Source of the DNA: Lama guanicoe
Taxonomy: Eukaryota
DNA: 64,000 bases
Assembly (NCBI GenBank): GCA_013239625.1
Contig: MU053472.1
Span: 434,001-498,000, forward strand
Reading direction: 5' to 3'
Shown: positions 1 through 11,557 of the stretch, one piece after another
How positions within the stretch are numbered: position 1 is the first letter of the stretch
How the letters are laid out: every line of letters starts with the position of its first letter
Translations under genes and position numbers: made by a program
The notes under the pieces: model-generated
Seen by the model: only the letters and a program-made list of their open reading frames with translations
What the model was told of the DNA's origin: nothing
Databases searched by the model: none

Positions 1-1979
1 TGACTACCTCATTCACTGATTTAAATTGTATTTTATTTTCATTCATTTCTTTGGTTTCCTCTATCCTTTCTTCTTCCTTTTCGTTTCATAAAGAAATTGG
101 GGCACATCAGCACAGCAGGGCCACTGGTAAGACTTGTGCTGAGGAGATAGCTTTCTACCTGCTAGTCTAGCATTTTAACCAGAGGTGAGATTTAAAAAGC
201 CAGGGACACTGAAATCTTCTGGTCCAAGTTATGATATAGGAGAACCTTAAAACTGAAGGAATGAAAAAGATGAGAAGAAGTTGAGCAGTGGCTCAGTTTT
301 CCTTAAAAGTAAAGACTCTACAAAAATTATTAGTGTTGTATTTTATTATTTACTGTGTTTCATATATAATAATAGCAGTGGAGAGTGAGGATGTTTGTTT
401 GGGGTAGACAGGGGAGGCCTAAACATGTAGCAGGAAAAAGCAGAGTCAGACCTGGGAGAAAGGCTGGAGAAGCCTGAAGGGAGGGTGAGGGCAGGGGAAG
501 GGAGTGATCTCCAGGAGCACTGATGGGCTTGCAGGAGAGGAGAAGATTGTAAAGCTGGGCAATATGAAATGTCAGAATCCCAGGAGTGGACAAGGCCTGA
601 ACAAGTCATCTTGTCCACTTTCGCACCTTCATATAAAAAGTGCCTTTAAACTTTCTCTAGGTTTGTAGTTGTGAGGTATATAGGACTTAGAAAGGGATTA
701 AAAAAAAAAAGATACTGGAGGTGTCATGTAAGAAGCAGCTAAGCTTTGGTGACTGCCAGTTACAGATTGTACAGATAGAGACTGGAAGTGTCTGGGATTG
801 GTTAACAAGGAGGGAGGGAGAGCTGAAATGCCTTGTGAAAACCCAAGTGTCCATGTGAAAACATTGTGGGGAGTTCCTTCCCCCATGAACACTGTCCTTC
901 ATTGTGAAATCCTACCTTTCATCATCAGGACCAGACTTATAAAGTGGCCTCCCTGAGGACATTTTCTGACCTTGTTGTGTGAAGTTCCCTCAGGCTCTTA
1001 ACTGGACAAACCTGAATGGTGGAGCAGAGCAAAAGAACACAGCCTTCATGTCTTTTTCCCTTATCTCATGACTGAAGCCTCAGTTCTGGTCAAGGCACTT
1101 TCTTGATGAAGTCTGTCCATCTGTAAAGCAGCTAAGTATCCTACTGGAGGATTTGCCTCCCAGAAGCGACGTGGAAACGGACAAGCAAGTGTCTGGAGCA
1201 CAGTGAGAAGTACAGAGCTGGTCTTTATTTCAGTCAAGGAAGCCTTTACTAATATCTCGACCTAGCTATCGAGGGGAGGACCAAACTATAAGAAATACTC
1301 TCCACTTTTACGATTATGAAAATTTAGCCGGGGAGAGCTAAAACCAACAAACACACACACATACACACACACAAACTTTCGCCTAATAAATAACTTCACA
1401 GCTGAACCACGTGGTGGTGGCCAGATTGCTACAAGAATTCAGAGGAAAGATAAATCAGGAGAACCTGGAGAAATAAAAGAGATTCTTAGAGAAAATAGGA
1501 CTCCCAAGGACTAGAAAAATTCAGAAAATTAGGAAGGAGGAAGAAGAAGTTTGCCAGCATAAGAAAAGGTAAGAATAAGCATGGCAAGGACTAGAAACCA
1601 GATTCGAAAATATGTTATATAGTGGGGGCCTGTGAGAAATAACATCCCAGTATATCCTCTATCCTCTGTCCCAAAGGTTGGTCACTGACTTTGTCACTTA
1701 AGGAATTTGGATCCATGGCCAGACAGCCAGCAGGACAGGGTGCTCTTCATGGGTCCATTTTCTATTAAGGTACTTTCTTTCCTCCCTTGGTTCAACTTAG
1801 GCCTGATCTGATGGACCTTCCTGCATAGGAAATGCAGGTGTAGGACGCATTGCTCTTTAACAGAGACACTGGCGGCAAAGGGGGGAACAATGATAAATCC
1901 TAAACTATTGTTCTTAAACTTCAGGGTAAATTATTACTGCTTTAAAAAAAAGTCTGCAGTGGGGCTGGGAACCTGTATT

Positions 1980-2126
1980 ATTATTTTTTTAATAAGTATT
2001 TTTTTGGTGGGGGAGGGGAGGTAATTAAGTTTATTTATTTATTTCAAATGGAGGTACTGAGGATTGAACCCAGGGCCTTATGCATGCTAGGCATGCACTC
2101 TACCACTGAGCTATACCCTCCCCACT
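1980..2126 (-). mobile_element. Camelid tRNA-derived SINE (Vic-1-like), inside a MER5-like relic
   Basis: Reverse complement reads GGGGAGGGTATAGCTCAGTGGTAGAG...GGTTCAATCC (A/B boxes) with an A-rich tail. Imperfect 15-bp TSD ctggga(ac/gt)ctgtatt at 1965-1979 and 2127-2141. Confidence 0.85.
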
Positions 2127-2544
2127 CTGGGAGTCTGTATTTTAAACAAGCAGGTGGTCAGTGGGACATACTCTGAGAAACACTATCATAAACTAGAATT
2201 GACAATGAAGTGCCAAAATGTCCTGGACAGTGACATACATACTGTTTATGTATTTCTGGGCTTACTCATTTTTGAGAATTTATCCTCTCCTAAGACTTAC
2301 ATGGTTATCATTTAAGGAGTAAGATGTAGACACTATTTTTGGTGCTTAGTTTTGTCTTCTCAGCTAGACTGTAATTATCTTAAAGACAGGGACCCCACTC
2401 AGACTTTCCTTATTTTTCCCCACAGTAGGGTGAGAGACCATCTTTAAGGCTGGAAGGTAGGTAGAATGCTTTGGGAAAAAAAATCCCTAGTACCTTTATA
2501 TAATCATCTTGAAAAACCTGGAACCCATTTGATATGTGGGACCT

Positions 2545-2948
2545 CGCATTCGTTTTCTTGGGCCACTGTAGTAGGGGAGCACAGACTGCGTGGCTTAAAC
2601 AATAGACATTTATTTCTTCACAGTTCTAGCGGCTGTAAGTCCAAGATTAAGGTGTCATTCTTCTGAGGCTTGTCTCTTTGGCTTGTACACGGTCATCTTT
2701 TCCAGCCTAACAGCCACAATTCTGGTAAGTGCTTCATCAATTGTGATTCACAGGTTGTCTTCCTTTCATGTGTGTCTGTGTCGTAATCTCCTCTTCTTAT
2801 AAGGACACCAGTCATTTGGAACTAGGGCCTACCTAATGACCTCATTTTACTTTTATTTCCTCTTTAAAGATTCTAATGTATTCACATTCTGAGGCCTGGG
2901 GCTTGGGCTTCAACGTATAAATTTTAGAACACAATTCAGCCCATTACA
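2545..2948. mobile_element. MaLR solo LTR (MLT1-like)
   Basis: Hallmark segments ggcttaaacaatagacatttatttc..cacagttct, tcttataaggacaccagtcat and acaattcagcccattaca. Confidence 0.8.
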
Positions 2949-3784
2949 GCCATCTAGTTTCAGCTTCTAGAGATGTATTACTGACTCCCTTCTCCTACAC
3001 CTGTTTGACTTGTATAGTAAGTTCTCTCCACCCTTTAGCTCTCCTTCTCCACTTCTTAAGCTTGTGTGGCAAGAATTCGTGGAACAACTCAAAAGAGCAT
3101 GTAGTAGCGTTGCGCAGGTTGTGACATGCACCAAACAAAAGGATGCTTGGAGCTGTTGAAATTCCAGGTGTATTGTCTTAAAGACATAGCTTTCTGCCAG
3201 GCTGTCTTCACATTTGATGATAATAATTAGATTAGTATATCCTACGTAAGTGGTCTTGGTGTATCCTAACTTATCCTTCATTTTCTTTCACTGTAGTTCT
3301 TTCTTTAGGCCTTTCCTTGGCTAGTTAGTTCTTTAAAGAGCCCAGTTACTTCAAGTGTTCAATGAGGTCAAAAGCAGGACATGTAAGGGCTTGCTGAATA
3401 TCACATAAGGACAGTTTTTGGTTTTGCAGTGCTCCTAAGGCTGATAAACAGCAACATCACTAAGAAAGAACCTAATATAAGTAATAGGAATTAGAAAATG
3501 TAGATAAAAAATAAAAAGGGCAACCTCAAGATTTTTAGTTCCTTCCAAAGTTACTACCTTTATACCAGTTTCGTAGTGCACTATTAGGGAGAAGCAGATT
3601 CCCTCTTCCCAGGCCTTTTTTTTTCCAGTCAGTCAAGTTAAACATCTTGTTAAACTGTGAAGTTGTTCTCAATTATCTTTATGTTTTGATTTCCTTCTTG
3701 GTTCAACTGTTCCACTGACAGATGTAGCTAATGGTAGTTACTGTGAAATATGGCTCACTGCTCCGTGAAGTCCACATCTTCTTT

Positions 3785-3998
3785 TTTTAAAGATTGTTTT
3801 TTTTGCAAAGTGGATTTCCGATGGAACCACCTAGTTGTCTTTTGTTGTATTTTAATTAATTAATTAATTAATTAATCTTTTAGGGTTTTTTTGGGGGGTA
3901 ATTAGGTTTATTTATTTTAAGAGAAGGCACTGGGAATTGAACCCAGGACCCTGTGCATGCTAAGCATGTGCTCTGCTACTTGAGCTGTACCCTCCCCT
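3785..3998 (-). mobile_element. Vic-1-like SINE with extended 3' tail
   Basis: tRNA-like head at ~3925-3998; perfect 12-bp TSD cacatcttcttt at 3773-3784 and 3999-4010. Confidence 0.85.
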
Positions 3999-4849
3999 CA
4001 CATCTTCTTTCTAAATGTCTGTTTTCAGTCCCTATTATTTTAAAGTAGGTCGGTAAACTCTTGGAGAAGCCACCACCTCGCGGTTTGATGAGGGCTCCTA
4101 GATGAACAGTCTTCCCTGTTGACCAATCTTCCTGTCTTCCTGCTTCTGCTTCAGCCCAAGAACTTCTTACCTCAGGTGTGCACTTCTTCCCTATTGACTT
4201 TTTGCCCTCTGGCATAGAACTTTTTCCCACCTGCCTCTGTTCCTCTCTTGGCCTTTACCACAAACTTGTGTAAGGATCCGGAAAGCACTCTGGGCGGGGT
4301 TGGAAGGGGTTCGACTCACTCATTATTCTGAAGTGCAATTTTCTTTCTCTCTCGCCCAACAGTAGTAGTATTACATGTTGGGACTCTTTCCAGTTACTTT
4401 TAATCTTCAACACACAGCTACCATGAAACTCTTGTTATAAAATAACTGGCCGAACTGAAGAAATTGGTTGGCTTCTTGTCAAAGTCTAGGTGTAACCACA
4501 GTGGAGAGTGGCAGCCACGCCCACTGGGAGAAGTCAGGAATTTACTGCCATCTGTTTTCCCTGCTCGGGGCAGGAAGAGAAGCCTGTTCTTTGGCACACG
4601 GCCCTTCTTACTGAGCTTCCTTCATGGGGGCGTCCCCTCTGTGCTCCAGGATCCAGCACCTCAGACTCCTTTGGGGTGGGTGAGCCAAGCGAGGCTGGCC
4701 ATGTGGTCCCAGAACAGGGGTTAGTTAGCCTGCACTAACTTGGAAACCAGCCTGTGTGATCCTGGGCAACTCGTGGACGCAACATCCACCTCTTTGGGGC
4801 GTTAGGACAGAACACGGTAAGGTCCTCACTGGGCCCGCACACCGCCGGC

Positions 4850-5800
4850 CCCACTCAGTCCTGCTCAGTTCGGGGCTCCCTTCCCGGGCCGCAGGCGGCT
4901 GGGCCCAGCCCCTCACTTTCCGCGGCCCGGGCGCCTGTCTCTCCGATGGGAGGTGCGTGTGGGGCCACTCCCCCGTTCCCCTGTCCGCCGGGAGGGGGAG
5001 CCGGCCCGCCGGCCCTGCACCGCCCCCGGAGAAAGGGCCCGCGGCCTCCCGGGACCCGCCCGCCCTCTAGCCGCTCGGCCCCGAATGGCAGAGCGGCGCT
5101 CGGACCATCCGCATCGCCTCACGTCGCCCCGCCCCGCCCCGCCCTCCCATTGGCTGTCGTCCGGCCCTCGAGGCCCGCGCCTGGCCACACCGCGGGCCAG
5201 ACCGCGCCGCAGCGGGGAGCGGGGTCGGAGGTCAACGGCCTGGAGTAACCCCGGACGTAGTCACCTCATGGAGCTCGCCGGCTGAGGTGAGAGCGGGGGC
5301 GGGGCGGGGCGGGGCGGGGCCGACGCCGTGAAGCCCCGCCCCTCCCCGTGTGCCGGGCCGGCCTGGTGCTGCGCGCCTGTCAGCCATCGCCGGAGCTGCC
5401 GGCGTCTCCTACCGCCCAGTACCGCCTCCGCGCAGGGTCTCCGGGACCGCCGGACTGCGGACGCTGCCGTCTTGAGGTGAGGGGAGGGCCGCCCCGGAAC
5501 CTGCGATCCCGGACGAGGGGAGGCTGTGGCCCAGGGAGGGGCGGCGGCAGCAGGGGGCCGCCTCCCATCTTCCGCCCGCACGCGGCCGGGGCTCCATCCC
5601 GTCCGGACCCCGTACCTGGCAGCCGAGAGCTCCCCGCAGCCTTGAGTTCCCCTGGGGGGACGCGGAGGGGCCTGGGGTCTCCCGGCTTGGGAACTCAGTC
5701 CCCGAAACTGGGAGGCGTACAGCTCAGGGCCTCTAGGAAGGGGCTGGTGTGTCTGCCTGGGGCTCGTCCCCCACTCTCCCGCCCCAGTCCCGAGGTGGTC
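4850..5800 (+). promoter_or_regulatory. ACACA: CpG island / ACACA promoter II (PII)
   Basis: Very GC- and CpG-rich, no TATA box seen. GC-box arrays at 5126-5144 and (GGGGC)x5 at 5296-5320, inverted CCAAT (ATTGG 5149-5153), SRE-like ATCGCCTCAC (5113-5122) and GTCACCTCAT (5260-5269). Lies upstream of ACACA exons 4/5, as PII does in other mammals. Confidence 0.9.
5380..5476 (+). other. ACACA: ACACA non-coding first exon of PII transcripts (exon 2); 5' end approximate
   Basis: Strong donor TTGAG|GTGAGG at 5476/5477 just downstream of the GC-box array. The start position is inferred, not observed. Confidence 0.7.
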
Positions 5801-8800
5801 TGATCCCTTACAGACCCCTCTCTCCAATGGGTCCCTGCGCTAGGGAGAGGGAGAAGACCCACGTGCGAGGGGGATGTTGAGGGTTGGGTCCATTTGCACT
5901 GAAAATCTGCCTCTCTTGCAGAGTGAGGTGTGGGGTGCAGAGACCCGGCCTTCTGTAGCACTGTGTCTTTGTATCGTGGTGGGAGCCAGGGCCAGGCGAG
6001 TTGTCCCTTGCCAGTTCCTGCTCCCAGGCTTTTATATTTTCTGTGAGGAACGTAGTAAATGTGCATGCTGGCTCTTACTCCTTCACGTTTCCTATGCTGA
6101 TCAAGGGAAGCTGTTGGAGACAGGACGTAGCAAGGTGATGTGAGGGTAATGATTTCAGAGGAAAACGTGCCTGAAGACCCTGCCCAGATCAGCGCCAACA
6201 TAATTTTTGATTTGGGCGTGGGAAAGTGGACGCTAGTGGACCCTTGGAATCAGCTGTAAATATCAGGGACTCCAAGTAGGCCTTATGGGTGTTATAGAAG
6301 CAAATAAAAATATAACTGCCCAGGTAGGGGAAATAATTTAATTTCATGTATTTTTTTGGGTGTGGGGGGGTTTATGACTGAAATCAAAAGATTATGACTG
6401 AAATCAGGACTTCCTGATTCCATTTCTACTTAAGCAATGTTTTAGTAATTTCCCAGTGTGTGGAATAAACCTAATAACCTGGTCTTCAGTCTCAGAAGTT
6501 GGTTCCCCTTGACCCTTTTCATTCATTTTTTTTCCAGCTCCATAGTGCAGACTGAAAAGCATACTTACTTTGGTTACATGGTTTCTTCTTGCGTGGGGTC
6601 GGGGGGCGGCGGGTAAGAATTCCCTGTTTTTGTCTCTTGCTTCTTGGTGGGGATGCCTTGGATGTCTGTGAGGAGGATTTCTGCGCTGCCTGTTTGATAG
6701 GCATTTTTAAGAGAAGCCCTGTGGTCTAATAGAGCAGGACAGTAGTTGCAGTGTCCAGACAGATGCCTGCTTGCTACAAAGTAGCAACTCCTCCCATTTA
6801 TCTTGCCTCGGTTTCCTCATTTCTAATAACAGGACTATTTCGAATCCAAGTTTAATTAACAAACATTGTAAAGTGATATATGAAAGATGTCAAAGGCAAA
6901 GTATTAATTTATGAAGCCACCTTATTTGTGTTACAGAAGTTTTGTTTAGAGCTCTCAGTGGGGAGAGAAATACATCTAGCATAAGGTTTAACTGTTTTTA
7001 AAGTGGGAGGAAAGGTTGAGAAATGGTGACATTTGGCTTAATGATCTTACAATTCATCTAATGACTAGGTTATGTGAAAGAATTGGCATTGTGAAAGCCA
7101 GCCTTTGAACTGTCTCACGTGACCTCTTTAAAGTGCTGTGGAAGTGTTCAGGTGTAAATCTCTGTGTGATACTCTATTTCCTTTTACTAGGAAATTTTTT
7201 TACCTGTCACACAGACTGATTTAACAGGTCTGGAGCTAGTGTTTTTCTTAAAAAAAGGGTTTTTTTGATAGTTAATATCCTGAAAGTCTTGGTTGAGGAA
7301 AGCAGTAAATTAAAAATTACTGGAATAACACATTGGAATTTACTATATTTAATTGGAGGAGACTTTTTACAATTCAGAAAAAAGGTTTCTATATCATTAT
7401 CTAAGATGTTTTTAGAGATAAATAATAATAGGAGATAAGCCTCAAGCATCTTTCCAAACCCCTAAAACAGTGAGATTATAAAGAAGTGAATGAACATCAC
7501 AGAATCATTGGCTACAAAAATTTCTGTAACTGTTGAGGTGAGTAACATTTTTAAAGGAAGCCTCCATTGATCTTCCACTTTAACAGATTATTGCTTAACT
7601 AGTGTTTTTGTAATTGCTTAACTAGTAATTTTAAAACTTAGTGAGTATCCATTACTGGGATCTAATGGGCTATGTGAAGATGATATTAAATAGAGGAAAC
7701 TATGACAAAAGTGTCACAAGGCCCTTACACTTACACAAGGAATATGAATCTGAGTGGTAGGGCATAGGTTCTTGTGAGAGTTTAAGTCAGTCTTACTGTG
7801 TATACTCTAATGAATCAGTTCACGTACCAATTTGTTATTTATTCAAGTTACCATAAAGCAGTTTAGTCTATAGCCTCAGGATGGTTAAAAAAGGAACTGA
7901 AAAGAGGCTTCAGCAACACGGGATGTTAGTGCCTTACCCACAGGTTGGTGGTCCCAGTTGGTCTGGCCTTCTAATGATGCTATTTGGAACTTAGGCTCAT
8001 TCCATCCTTTCAGCTTGCTGCACTCACTGTCCTTTATGTCAGGAACCACGGTAATATTTACCATCACATGACATCAGGAGTTGAAACTGCACAGCACTAC
8101 TAGTTATAAAGTGATCATCCCAGATGGAATAAGCTATTTGTATAAATGATTTTCATTTTTGGAAATGATAGCACACTGAAAATTCTGAGTGAATTAATGG
8201 AGTTAAGTTTGAAAGGCAGACTCAGTTTTGAAGAATTTGTTTCAGGAAGTGTAAGGTTTCATTTATGAATATTTGGCTATGTCCTGTGATAGAAATAGAG
8301 AGTATACTCAGTAATGAAGTTCCTAAAAATTACCATCTGTTTTTATAGACAGCTTTCAAATCTGTCCTGCGTTGGATAAGTTGGCACACATGTATATGTC
8401 TGTATTTACACACATCCAGGTTGGGGCAGTAGTAGGTTCATAGGAGCTTGATTAGTTTTTAAGTTTACTAGGAGTAATCTCAGTAAATTGGCACCAAGGG
8501 GATAAATAGCTGGGTTGTTGGTGTTTTGAACTTCTGCTTTTAGTGGTATTCCTGGGCCTGGCAAGGCAAGCTGTTCAATTTCCCTTTGATTTTATCTTAT
8601 AAAAATCCAAAAACTGAATAGAACTTTTAGTATTAGAATGTACCTTAGGAATTTTATAGTCCAGTTTTATTCTTAGTATGAGAATATTTTATCTGATACA
8701 CCTTTTGAAAACTTCTGACTACAGGTAGTTCATCATCTGACGTAGCGTATGACTGGGCAACTAATTGAGAGTTGTTCATTATTTTCAACTTAAAACTGTC

Positions 8801-10000
8801 TCCCTAAAACCTATAAGGTGTTGTAGCTCCAAGAGGATGAGGAATTTCTGCTTTAACTTATAAATTTCTTCAGCTCCACATCTCTGCCAGGTAATGTAGA
8901 ATACGATGCCTTAACACATCCAGAGGACTTGGAGGGAAAAAAAAAATCAAGCAGTGTTTCTTCAAGGAAGAAATTGTTCTTATCCTTAATATTGTTTGGA
9001 ATGTAGCTGACACACCTGCATTAGGCCATCAGCTTTTTCTAAATGCTATTCTGTGAAATAAGATTATGAGGAGGAATTGGTTCATAATCCCAGAGCTTTT
9101 TGAATTCACAAAATGGCTTTTTGCCTGGAGGCCTCTAAATGTTTCAATGGGCTACTGTTTGAAATCAACACATGATTTGTATCTCCTAGAATTGTGACTC
9201 AGATATATTCATTTCAGTTCCTATAAAACACTCAACCTACATAGCATTGTAAGGTGCTGAGGTGGTAGAATTTAGAACAGTTGAAAGAGATAATAACTTG
9301 CCCAGCTTCACTATTATGATAGAGTCAATTACACAGTAACACATTCATTTTCATTTTCTAAGTGAATGACATGCCAGTTTTCTACTTAAATGCTCAGGCA
9401 GGTATGAGATAAAGGATCAGAGTGGTGGCATGGAACTAATTGGGCAAAGCTTTTTATTACACTTATCTAAAATTTTCAGTTGCTAATACATAAGTGATAA
9501 GTTCACATAGTTCAAAATTTTAAATGTACAAAAGTGTGTACAGTTGACATTCTCTGTCCTAACTTTGTCTTGCAGCCAGCCCAGTTCCCCTTACCAGAGA
9601 CAAGCAGCCTTATTCATTTTTTATTATAATTTCTTAATGGTAATTATCATATATGTTAATTTAAATTAAAAGTGAATGATTTCTTAATAATTGCCAGAGG
9701 TTTGATTCATATTCAAACAGGTGTATTCTCCCACTCTGCCAATTTTTTAATACAAATTATGCATAATTTAACACCATTCTTCATCTTTGGTTTCTTCTCT
9801 TAACATTAAGGGATGAACTGTTTACATTTTTATTTTCATCAAAGTTATACCTGCACATGGTTCCAAAGTGATATTGTTCTACAAAGTTTGCTACAATAAA
9901 ACAGCAGTCTTCAGCCCCTGCTTTCATTTGTTTCAGCTAATGTATTTGTTATCCATACCCCTTTGTCTATGGTCTTCTTACATCTTGATTTTTCATTTTT

Positions 10001-10145
10001 CATTCTTTTTCGGGGCTACTCTTTTTTTTGGTGGGGGTAGGTAGTTAGGTTTATTTATTTATTTTTAGAGGCGATACTGGGGATTGAACCCAGGATCTCG
10101 TGCATGCTAAACATGTGCTCTTCCACTTGAGCTATACCCTTCCCC
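10001..10145 (-). mobile_element. Vic-1-like SINE
   Basis: tRNA-like head; perfect 17-bp TSD cttgatttttcattttt at 9984-10000 and 10146-10162. Confidence 0.9.
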
Positions 10146-10164
10146 CTTGATTTTTCATTTTTAG

Positions 10165-10774
10165 GTACTACCCATCGGTCTCCTACTGTGGAAGATGAGG
10201 ATTTGGCTCTTTTGCCTCTTCTCGCCCTCCACTGTTTGCCTTTCCCATCCCCTACAACCAACTACCCAGTCAAGTTATACTGTAACTTTGGTTTTATCAG
10301 TATTCAGTCTTTACAGTATTATGAATGGTAACTGCTATACGTAATTTTGTTGCGTAATGTCCTGTGATTTCTGTGCTGCACAACTCTTTCCTTGGAGTTA
10401 ATAAGGTCTTGATTTTTTTTTTCTTTGTTCTCTATGTGCCTGTCCTTCACTCATTCAACTTCACTCTTCACCAGTTTTCTAAGTCTCTGAGAAGGTTGAG
10501 ATGATCAGCTATTCTGTTCATTGCTATCTTCTGTAAACTCTCCCTTAGACTCTTCTGACTGGCTCCAACCTAAGCTGCCAGCCTTCTACATCCAGCACCT
10601 GCTGTCTGTCATCCTGGGCTCGCTCTTCACCGTCATTCTGGGGGTTCTCTTTATTTCACTTCTGCTGTGAAGAGATTATTTCCCATGTTTTCTCTGTTAC
10701 TGGTTTCTTCCCTCATTTTAGTGGAGAATATTCTCCAGGCGCATCCTGAGAAAGAAGGCATGGGAGGTAATATT
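10165..10774 (-). mobile_element. HAL1-like old LINE fragment, resuming at ~18270-20140
   Basis: cctgagaaagaaggcatgggaggtaatatttt continues as ttttgagatttttgctgtctaaaaatatctttat at ~18283. A similar fragment lies at ~51370-51600. Confidence 0.55.
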
Positions 10775-11557
10775 TTTCCAACGTTTTATTTGGGGAAATT
10801 TTAAGCCTACAAAGAATAGTGAAATAAACACTACTGTACCCTTGGCCTGGATTCACCAATTTTAACATTTTGTCACATTTGCTTTCTCTCTCTCATATAT
10901 GGGTATATGTATGTATACATATATGTGTGTATACACACACATATTTTTTTTCCTGAATCATTTCAAAGTGAGTTATAGACCCCATGACACTTGACCCTAA
11001 ATATTTCTACATGTTTCTCCTAAGAACTAGGACATTCTCCTGTTTAGCCACTTACCATTATAAATCCCCCTAATTTAACATTCATGCACTAAGATATAGT
11101 ACATTTTAAGTTTTTGCACTTGTTCCAGTAATGTCCTTTATAACTGTGTGTGTTTTAATTAATGATCCAGTAAAGAATCATTCATTACACTTGGCTCTCA
11201 AGAGTATTTAGTCTCTTTACTGTAGAAGTCACCCTATTCTTTTTTTGTCTTTCATAGCATTTATCTTTGATTGACATTTTTAAAGAGTCCAGGTTAGTTG
11301 TCTTGTCAAATTTCCTACAGCCTGGGTTTGTCTGATAATTTCATCATTATAAGATTGAAGTTAACCATTGTTGTCAAAAATACTACATACATAATATTCT
11401 ATATACTTCTAACTGCATCACACAGGGAGGCAGCTAATGTCTATTTGTTCTACTATTAGTGATGTTTGGTTTGAATACTTAGTTATGATAGTGCCCCCAT
11501 ATTTCTTCATTGTAAAAATTCTGATTCCCTTTTGTAATTAATATGTAATCTGTGATT
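10775..11557 (-). mobile_element. L1MC-type 3' end, resuming at ~18117-18265
   Basis: Typical L1MC 3' UTR text; ttgtaattaatatgtaatctgtg is continued by gactacagggatatcctg...ttgcctgtatcaattattgca after the nested L1. Confidence 0.65.

Noticed and set aside
2050..2123. tRNA-like sequences with A/B boxes (seven copies)
   Set aside because: These are SINE heads with A-rich tails and TSDs, not tRNA genes.
3076..3084. Perfect GAS/STAT motif TTCGTGGAA; also E-boxes at 1406-1415 and 7115-7123
   Set aside because: Single short motifs are expected by chance in 64 kb; no supporting context visible.
1..4800. ACACA promoter I / exon 1 or neighbouring genes (TADA2A, C17orf78)
   Set aside because: No matching exons recognised; they are expected further upstream, outside the window.
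4464..6201. Many overlapping 60-188 aa ORFs on both strands
   Set aside because: Expected from stop-codon scarcity in a CpG island; low-complexity P/R/G/A peptides with no recognisable family.
6372..7626. Short direct duplications (6372-6386/6392-6406; 7590-7603/7613-7626; also 24330-24347/24357-24374)
   Set aside because: Two-copy slippage-type duplications with 5-9 nt spacers; no array or element structure.
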